Positions 18,034-28,100 of a DNA stretch of 64,000 nt are shown here, piece after piece. Both the position numbers and the translations under genes were made by a program. The stretch lies in contig CAYTCJ010000003.1 of NCBI GenBank assembly GCA_964436545.1, positions 70,041-134,040 of the forward strand, given 5' to 3'. Numbering within the stretch: the stretch's first letter is position 1; every line of letters begins with the position of its first letter. The notes below the pieces were generated by a model. That model ran no database searches and was not told the DNA's origin. It worked only from the letters and a program-made list of their open reading frames with translations. This DNA comes from an uncultured Candidatus Saccharibacteria bacterium (GTDB lineage: Bacteria > Patescibacteriota > Doudnabacteria > UBA920).

Positions 18034-19184
18034 GCTTTAGAGAATCTTGCGAAAAAAAATAAATCGTTGCCAAAGCAACGATATAATTTATCCTGCTTCG
18101 GGAAATTTCTACAATCCAAAATAGACCAGACTCGTTTTGCCAAAAGTGGCAAACATTACTGTTGCGGCACAGTCCCGGAATATTATCCTACTTCGTTTAA
18201 AGCTTCGTAGGATATTCACCAGAGTTCCTTTTTTGAATTACTTAAATTGTTTTCTAACAATACTCCGAATAAAATAATTTGTCAAAATTTGGTCAACTTA
18301 GCTGTGGATAATTTAACCTAAAGTTATGCGAAAACGTGTCCCTAAAACAAATTTTTAGCAATATTGCGTGGAACAGATAATTTTAAACAAAAATCGATTA
18401 AGTTCACAGTTTCATTATAGTTTCAGAGAATATATAACTTTTAATTTTTGCGACAATACAATATAAAAAGTATAAGTAGATTATTACTCAAATTTTGTAA
18501 TGGGTTACCAGCCAAAGAATTCATTTCCTGAATTTTATAGTTTATAAGTCTGGAGACTAAGAACAAAAACTTCAATTAAATTAAAAGCGCAACAAACTTT
18601 ATTGGAGTTTGGGTTATAGCGTATCCGAGATTTTACTTTTTCTGCGCTTATTTTAAAGGAGACGTATTTTGTAGGCAATTTTCTGCAAAACCTAATTTTC
18701 AAATATTTTGCATGCTTAAAATTTTAATTGAGTGAAAAAATGTCAAAATCTTTGTTTTAAGATATAAGACATTCAGCCATTTGGCTAAGTTGGGTGTGTT
18801 AGCTAACTTAAGTTAAGCTTTTAAATTGATTGTATTTAGTTTCACGTAGGAAAATCTATTTATAGGATTTTTTTTTCAATTTTCGTGAATAATTATATTA
18901 AGGATATTGCCATATATTTAATAGCGACAAAAATAAAATTTAGGCTTGGTTTTAAAAACCAAATTTAAGTATTTAGGTATAAATTTAAATTAGGGTTAGT
19001 ATTAAATTTATGTTGTAATGAGTGAAACATACTTTTGTAAAAAATTTTGTGTTTTTTACAAAATTTTTTTGCTTAAAAGTCTTTAAAAACTTGTTTAAAA
19101 AAAGTATAATATATATATAAGTTAAATTAATAAATCGGATATCCGAGATTAACTAAATCCACTTAAGAATAAGCGAAGTTTAAA

Positions 19185-22100
19185 GTGAAAGATACAAAAA
19201 GCAAAAATCAAAATAATTTCATTTCTTTATCTGAAGCAAGTGAAAAAACCGGGTATCACCAAGACTACCTTGGTTTTTTATGTAGAACTGGAAAGCTGGA
19301 AGGTTTTAAAATTGGCAGAAATTGGGTAATCACTCAGTCGGCTTTGGAAAGCTTTTTGGCCAATAACGCCAGTGGGCAAATTGAAGCCGTGCAGACCGTG
19401 CCGGTGAAGGTTATTGCACCTTCGGCGTCTGTCCCTGTGCCGGAAGTGAGGGCAGTAAGCCAAGAAGTGGAAAAGAGTAAACATGATCTTTCCAATTTGA
19501 AAAGAAAAGTTTTTGAAGATTTAAATTACCGCATAGGTAACTTAAATACTCAGCTCAATGAACTGGACGCTAAATTGGCTAACAGTCAAAAAGCGGTGGC
19601 TTTGCCGAATCAAGTCGCCACGGTTTCCACTCCGGTTTTACCTGCCGAAGATTTTGAGCCAAAAATCAAGCCGGAACTGAAAACTAAATTTGCTTCGGCT
19701 TTGGCTGTGGCTTCTAACCTGGAACCGGAGGAAAAAACTTTTGCTCCGCTTTCGGTGTTAAGCAAAGATGCTTTGTTAAAACTCAAAGAAAGTTTTCGGG
19801 TTAAGGCCAGAAATAATTTTTTGGCCCCGAGCTTGGCTATGGGTGTGGCGGTGTTGGCTTTTGTTTCTACCGTGGCGTGGAATTATTTGCAGGAAGATTT
19901 GTATAGAAATTATCAAACGCCGGCTGTGGTTTATAAAAATAATTTTGTGCCCCAGAGTCAACCCGCTTCCAGCACACCACCGGTCATAATTCAAAACGGT
20001 AACCAAATTGTCATTCGGGACAGATTCACCACCGAGACTGTGGTGAAGTCTTTGTCAGCCGATGCTAACTTGGTGAATCAACTGATAGACCAGAGATTAA
20101 ATAAATATTTGGCCGAAGGAAAATTTAAAGGTGAAAAAGGCGACACGGGCGCTCAGGGTCTGCAAGGCAGTAATGGTCAAACCGTGGGCGCTGGCGGGTA
20201 TGTGCCGTATGCCTATTACGCGCCGGTGCCGGCGAATAATTTTACCGGTGGCACAAGTTTGTCTTCCACCCAACTCTCCGCGAACAGCGGAGTAATTACC
20301 ACTTTAAGCGTGGGTGACCTTACCACAACGGGCAATGCGAGCATTGGTGGAACATTAAATGTTTCGGGCAATACGGGTTTATCTACCGCGAACATTACCA
20401 CACTCAATGTTGCTGGCACATCTAACTTGGCTACCACGACCATTAGTCAATTAAATATTTCCGGCAATGCGACCACCACGGGTAATTTAACGGTGCTGGG
20501 CACTTTTAATTTAAGTGGTTCGCTGTCTTCGGCTAGTGGCACTTTTTCCACCTTAGTGGTGAATGGCAATGCCACCACCACAGGTAATGCTGTGGTATCT
20601 GGCAATCAGCTAATTAGTGGCACATTGTCGGTGGTGGGCACTTCCACTTTAGCGACTACTTCTTTATCCGTGTTATCTGTGTCTGGTGCTCAATCTGTGA
20701 TAGGCACTTCTACTCTGGCGACCACCACCATTACAAATTTGTCTGTGTCCGGCAATTCCACTTATACCGGCAATTTAACTTTAGCTACCATGACACCGGG
20801 GTCGGTAATTTTTGCCGGGGTGGGTGGAGTGTTAAACCAAAATAATTCTAATTTTTTCTGGGATGATGCCAACAAATATTTTAACCTTGGCACTAACACC
20901 ATTTCTTCCACTCTTGCCATTCAAGGCAGTGGAGCGGTAAATCCTTTAACCATTGCTTCTTCTACGGGCACCACTTTGCTTACCGTTTTACCCACTGGCA
21001 ACGTGGGGATTGGGACGACAAATCCAGGGAATAAATTAGAAGTCAATGCGGGAGATATAAATATCATTGGCTCTGGTCAAGCATATCGTCAGGGGGGGTC
21101 GTGGCTCATAGGTATGCTTGGTACTTCAGCTTATGTTGGGGGTGGTTTGAGTGGTGATTTGCAATTGGGTGCGAATGCCAATGGTCAAATTACCATTAAA
21201 AATGGTGGCAACGTGGGCATTGGCACCACGACGCCATCAAGTCGATTGGATGTGTATGGTGCTCAGAGTGCTATCTCAGCAACAATTTACGGAGGCTCAA
21301 CAGTTGATAGCGCTCGCCGATCAGGTACACTGGCTCTTGGTGATGATACTACTGCTCAAGGCCGACTAAGTTATGGATATGGTTCAGGTGTACTTTATTT
21401 GGACAATACATACAATCATGCTAATGGTGATATTTACGTCCGAACTCAAACATCGGGTACACCAGTTAATGCATTAGTTGTAAAAGGTGGCGGTAATGTT
21501 GGTATTGGCACTACCACTCCGGGAGCTTTGTTGCAGGTTGCAGGTACATCCGCTAACCCCAGCAATGCCAATGGTCAATTGCGAATTAGCGACAATAGCA
21601 ATGGAATAAAGCGTTTGTTGCTTGGTGTAAATACTTCTGCTTCCACGATGTATAGCTTTATCCAGTCAGTGGAGGCAGGGAATGCCTGGCGCGATTTAGT
21701 TCTACAACAAGAAGGTGGCAACGTGGGTATCGGCACCACGACTCCGGGTGCGAAGTTGCAGATTTATCCGAATGCCAATTCCACTATTGGTCTGATTGTG
21801 CAGGCCGATAACAACGGAGCTTCTAATATACAGCAGTGGCAACAGGCTAACGGCACATTGGTGGCCGCGGTTGGTAACAACGGTTCAATTGGGATTTTAG
21901 ACGGTTCCAAAATTTTGCTTGATGGGTTGTCCGGGTCTTCGTATTTGCAGGAGTCTGGTGGTTTGAATATAGTTTCCGGTTCCGGCAGGGATATAGTTTT
22001 AAGCGCCGGTGCCGGTGGTGAAAGACTAAGAATAAAAAATGACACCGGCAACGTAGGCATTGGCACCACGAGTCCTTCTCAGGCTTTGGAAATTAATGGT

Positions 22101-25100
22101 AATTTAAGATTCACTAACGCTGGTTCTTGGATAGATTTTGGGAATAATAAGTCCATTTACAATTACAACAATAATTTAAACTTTATTAATGGTGGTCCTT
22201 CTAATTCGGTTGTAATGACCATTGCCAATTCTAGCAACGTGGGGATTGCCACCACAACCCCACAGGCCAGATTGTCCGTGCAAGGTACGGGGACAGGTGG
22301 TGCTTTGTCATTTGCCACTTACAATTCCAACGCCCAGGATATTTTAACAGTCACTGATAATGCTAACTTGCAAATTGGCAGTACAGCCGGAAATATTGCC
22401 GGCACACTTACCGTTTATAACGGCAGTAGCGGGGATTTTAGCATAGCCGGCAATACTAGTACCGGGAACGTCACTATAAATAACGCAAACTCTGCCGGGG
22501 GAGATATTAACATCCAAACTCGTGGCACTTCTGCCATTTATGTAAAGAATGGGGGTAACGTCGGCATTGGCACAACTTCACCTTTAGCTAAGTTAGATGT
22601 GTATGGCAATTTGAATGTTGCCACAGGTTCTACTCCTACTTTGTTTGTAAATACTGCAACAGGAAATGTTGGGGTTAATACTACTAATTTAACGGATAAT
22701 TTTACAATAAAACCAACAAGTGCCGGGAAAGGTTTGGTAATTAGGGAGTCTGATGATGGTAATGAGGCTATAAGAGCTCTGGGTTTTACTGCCGGTGGGT
22801 TACTGTCTTTGCAGACCGGTGGTGTGAACTCCATTTATTTTGATGCTACCAGTGCATCGGGTATAACCTATTTTAATACCGGCAATGTGGGCATTGGCAC
22901 AACAACTCCACTTAGCAAATTAGCTGTAGTAGGCACCGCTGGTGCCAATCCCATTTTAGATTTAGCTTCCTCCACCGGCACATCGGTTCTTAGAGTGGCA
23001 GAAAGTGGAAATGTGGGGATTGGCACAGCGAGTCCAAGTGCGAAGTTGGATGTACAAGGTGGTTCTGGTCTTGCATTGATAGCAAGAGGTGGGGATTTGG
23101 GTTCGGGAACGACAATTTTTACCGTTCAAAATAATAGTGGCACGGGAATGTTCAGCGTGAGGGGGGATGGAGGAACGGGTATTTATACTGGATTGGGTAT
23201 TGGTTCAACATATGCTGGCACTCAACCACCAACAAACGGGGCGATAATTCAAGGAAATGTTGGTATTGGCACTAGCGGGCCTTCGGCTCCTTTGGAAGTT
23301 AGAGGTACAGCAAATAATGGTTCAGTTCAGACTGTTCAGTATTTAATTAATCCAGGAACAGGAAATGGGACTGGGGCTCAATTAGCAATAGGTTATTCAA
23401 CTAGTAGTGCAACACAGTACGGAGCTATTCAAGGGTATTATGATTCTACTTTAGGAGGTACTAAATTAGGACTGGTTGCAGGAGGTACAACTTTCTTGAC
23501 CGGAGATAAAAATGGCAATGTCGGTATTGGCACCACCACTCCACTTAGTAAATTAGCTGTAGTCGGCACAGCTGGTGCAAATCCCATTTTAGATTTAGCG
23601 TCATCTACTGGAACGAGTGTGCTTAGAGTAAGTGAAGCGGGGAATGTGGGGATTGGAACGACTACACCAAATGTTGGTTTATTGATAAATAAAGTTGGCA
23701 CTTTGTATGGTTTGAGTACTGCACTGCAAATTCAAACAGGAGCAATCCTTGCACCAAATAATAATGGTTTGTACACAGTTAATGCTGCTGGTACAGATGT
23801 TGTTCCGCTTATAAAAAGTGATACATCAAATAATACATGGATAAACCCAGGGGGTGCTGGTGTTATTAGATTTGGTGCCGGCGGTAGTAATGAATATATG
23901 AGACTGGATACAAATGGTAACCTAGGCATTGGCACCACCACCCCTCTAACCAAGTTAGTGGTAGCTGGAGCTACTAATAGTGGTATTACTCCCACAACAG
24001 GCACTTCGTTAACTTTAGACAGTATTAGCACAGACAACTATTTGACTGTTATAAGTAATTCCGCAAGTAACGCGGGACTTATATTTGGCAGTCACTCGTC
24101 GGCTTTTACCGGAGCTGTGGTGTATAACAATCCCAACAGTCAAATGGCCTTTAAAGTAGGTGGAAACAGTACCAAGATGGTTATAGATAGCAGTGGAAAT
24201 GTGGGCATTGGGACTACAACTCCTACAGGAATAATTGATGTAGTCGGTGGAAATAATGCTTATACTTATTTTAGAGGTGCAAGTGGACAACCTGCAATTC
24301 GTCTTCAGAAATTGGATTCAGCCACGGAGTTTTTAATCCGTGCACAGTCTAACGGTACAAGCCTTGAAAATTCGCTTGGGTCTGAACATTTATTTATTAC
24401 CACTGCTGGCAATATCGGCATCGGCACCAGCACCCCCGGTCGGACACTTTCTGTTGTAGGTGACATAAGAGCCACGGGTATTTTGTATGATTCATCTAAC
24501 TCAGCTGGCACGAGTGGGCAATTCCTTATGACTACTGCTACCGGTTATGCTTGGACAGCTACATCTACATTATTTGGTGGTAACCAAATCACCGGCAGTG
24601 GCACTAATGGTTATGTAGCTCGTTTTACTGGAGCCAACACTCTCTCTACCGGAGTCTTAATAGACAACGGCACAGTGGCTGGAGTGAATGCCACATCTTC
24701 CAGCTATACTTTTAACCTTCAGGGCGCTAGTGGTAAAGCCCCTTTAAACATTGCTTCTTCCACCGGCACTTCACTTTTGGTAGTGGACCAGACTGGGAAT
24801 GTGGGGATTGGGAATACCTCACTATTTTCAAAATTAAATATCATTGGTGATATTGGGCAATACTCTTCAAGTACAACAAGTGCAGGTTCTCCGTTAGGAA
24901 GCTCATTATATCTAGGAGATATTAATTTTTACAACAGCTTGTATTATAACAGTGCTCCAGGATTGAGTGCGGTTTATGACTCTGCGCACAATGTAGCAGC
25001 GGCATTGGCTTTCTATACTTATACAGGTAATCAGAATTCAAGAACAGAAAAAATGAGAATTACAAGTGCTGGCAATGTCGGTATTGGAACGACAAGTCCC

Positions 25101-28100
25101 TCGGCAAAATTGGCCATTGAAGGTTCAGATGTGAGATTAAATTTAAGTGATACTAGTGGTTCGGCACAATCCTTGATTGCCTTGCAAAGCTCTGGTGCGA
25201 CAAAATGGTTTACAGGAAAAAATGCTTCTAATGATTTTATTATTTATGACAATGTTGCATCAAGAAATGCTTTGCGTATAGCTCAAAGTGGCAATCTATT
25301 TTTGCAAGAAGGTGTCGGCAACGTGGGTATTGGCACCACGACACCAAACTGGAAATTGCAAGTAAGTTCTTCCGCTACATACAACAACGATGCCGGTGGG
25401 GCTTTTGCCATTACCGATTCCACCACACCGACTAAAAAAATCTTTTTAGGATACGATGCTTCAAACGATGTTGGTTTTATAAACACTGTGCAAACCGGAG
25501 TAGCCAATAAAAACTTAGCCATAAATGCTTCCGGAGGAAATGTCGGTATCGGCACAACATCAATGGCGGTTAAGCTTGTAGTGGAAGGCAATACTAATTT
25601 ATTAGGCACCAATAATGATGGCGGGGTTGCCACCTCGGCTTTAAATGTTAACGGTGCTTTTATGACCATTGGTGATTATTCTGGTGCACAAACTTTTTCT
25701 AATGGTATTGGAATTAAATTCAACGACACTGGGATTAATCACATGAGTATGAAATATACCCCTAGTGCCGGTAGGTTGGATTTTGGTCCATCGGACACTA
25801 ATTCTTATTTAACTATAAATAGCGGACAAGAAAGATTTAGTATAAATATGACTTCTGGGAATGTAGGCATTGGAACCACCACTCCCCAATACAAACTTTC
25901 AATAGATACTGCTGGTAATGATTATGGTGTAGTAATGGGACAGTCTGGAAGTGCCACTGGTAAAATATTAGGTTTAGGATACTTCCTAACTGGAGATTAT
26001 GGTGTTATTCAAGCGGTTCATCAGGGGACTGCTTATAAGAATTTGGCAATTAACCCGAACGGGGGGAATGTGGGTATAGGCACAGCGAGTCCAAATGATA
26101 AGTTGGAAGTAGCGGGTGGTACAACTGGTCGTGTCTTAATTACAGATGGTGGTGGGGCAAACAGAAAAGCATTAATTTTAGAGCAACCTGGATATAGTGG
26201 AAATTCTTATGCAAGAATAGAAGCTTACGATTATGGAGCTTCATCAGTTAAATCTTTAGCTATAAATGCTCTTGGTGGTAATGTTGGTATTGGCACAACA
26301 ACACCTGTAAGTCAGTTAGAAATCTATCAATCTGCTAATGTAAGTCCACAATTACGAATAGGCAACAACTACTTTAACCGAGGAATTGACTTTGGCTATG
26401 ACACCAATTCCGCCTTTATACAAGGTAAAGCGGATATTCTCTCTGCTCCCATTAGCTATCATCTAGCTTTAAACCCGAATGGGGGAAACGTCGGCATTGG
26501 CACCACCACTCCATCTGCAAAACTTTCTATTGCAGGTAGCACCAATGGAATACACCTTGGTCAGTGGTCAGGTTCATCTGCATACAATGCTCTCTACTTA
26601 AATAGTTCTCCGTCTGTAAATACAACTTATACCCTGCTCGCCAACGATACTGGAAGTGTGTTTTTGAATGCCAATGGTTCAGGTTCTATATATTTAAGGG
26701 AGGATAACAATAATCTGATGACCATAGATAATAATGGAAATGTGAGCAACGTCGGTAATTTGCTTGTAGGAAAAGATGCATCAACCCAAGATGCTTATAT
26801 AGATGTAGGGAATGCACGGTCAGGTAATGGTTATTCTTATGTTGATATTATTGGCGATGCGACTTACACCGATTTTGGTTTAAGATTGATAAGAGGTAAT
26901 GGAGGGGCTAATGCTTATTCTCAACTGGTTCACAGAGGCACAGGCACACTTTCGCTTTACACAATGGAAGCTTCTCCAATAGAGTTTTACACCAACAGTA
27001 GTGCATCAGCTAGAATGCATATTGCGAGTGGGGGAAATGTGGGGATTGGGACAACGGCTCCTGGTAGAAAGTTGGAAGTTAATGGCGGAACAGATACTAC
27101 TGGAAGGATAAGAATTTCTGGGGGTGGTGGTTCTGAACTAATTTCAGGTAATTTGGAATTTTATCACCAAACATCTGACCATAATTATAATTTAGCTATG
27201 GTTAATAACAATACCTTGACTTTGTTCAAAGGAACTTTTGGTGCAACAACCACGCCAATTATGACTTGGGATGGAACTGCGGGGAATGTGGGGATTGGCA
27301 CCACTACCCCACTTAGTAAATTAGCCGTCGTAGGCACAGCTGGTGCCAACCCGATTTTAGACATAGCCTCATCATCATCTACTTCTATTTTAAGAGTAAG
27401 TCATACGGGCAATGTGGGTATTGGCACTACTTCTCCAGCTGGCACCTTAGCCATTAAAGACAGCCTTAGCTCCAGTGGTTATTCTTTAGTGATTAACGAC
27501 TATTATAAATTTAGGGGTGATGGGAGATTTAATTTTGGTAATAATGCAACTCAAGGGGTTCTCTCTTGGGATGCCGGTATAGCTATAGTTGGGGCTCAGG
27601 TAGCTAATGATTTAAGTTTACACGCAGGCGATGTGGAAAAAGTGAGAATTACAACTGCTGGGAATGTTGGTATCGGTCTTAGTTCTCCAACAGCTAGATT
27701 AGAGGTTAGAAACTCTGGTACAGGAGATAGTGCTATATATGTAACCAACACAGTGGGTGGTGCACAAGCAACTCTTGGTGCTTGGTCGTCAAATGATGGT
27801 GCTATGCGACTTTGGAAAGCTGATGGAACAGAAAGTGTTAGACTCTTGGCAAATGGTGCAAGTCATTTAACTGGGGGGAATCTGGGTATTGGCACAGTGA
27901 GTCCTTCTTTTGCTCTTGATGTAAATAGTAATGTGATTGGAGTGGGTACAAAGTCAGCTAATGCGGGTTATGGTGGGCAAATAAGGTATAGAGATGATAC
28001 CGGCACAGCAAGGTGGATGATAGGTCTTAGTGGATCTGCCGGAGCTACGGCTTTGTATAACTCATATAACCTTACAAACGACCAAGTTTACATAACCACC

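Noticed and set aside
17854-18210. ORFs 17854..18210 (+) and 30434..30940 / 30591..30897 (-) encoding ICPICLICPI-type peptides
   Set aside because: They are straight translations of the 9-bp tandem arrays. The periodic amino-acid pattern follows the 9-bp (3-codon) period and is not protein-like.
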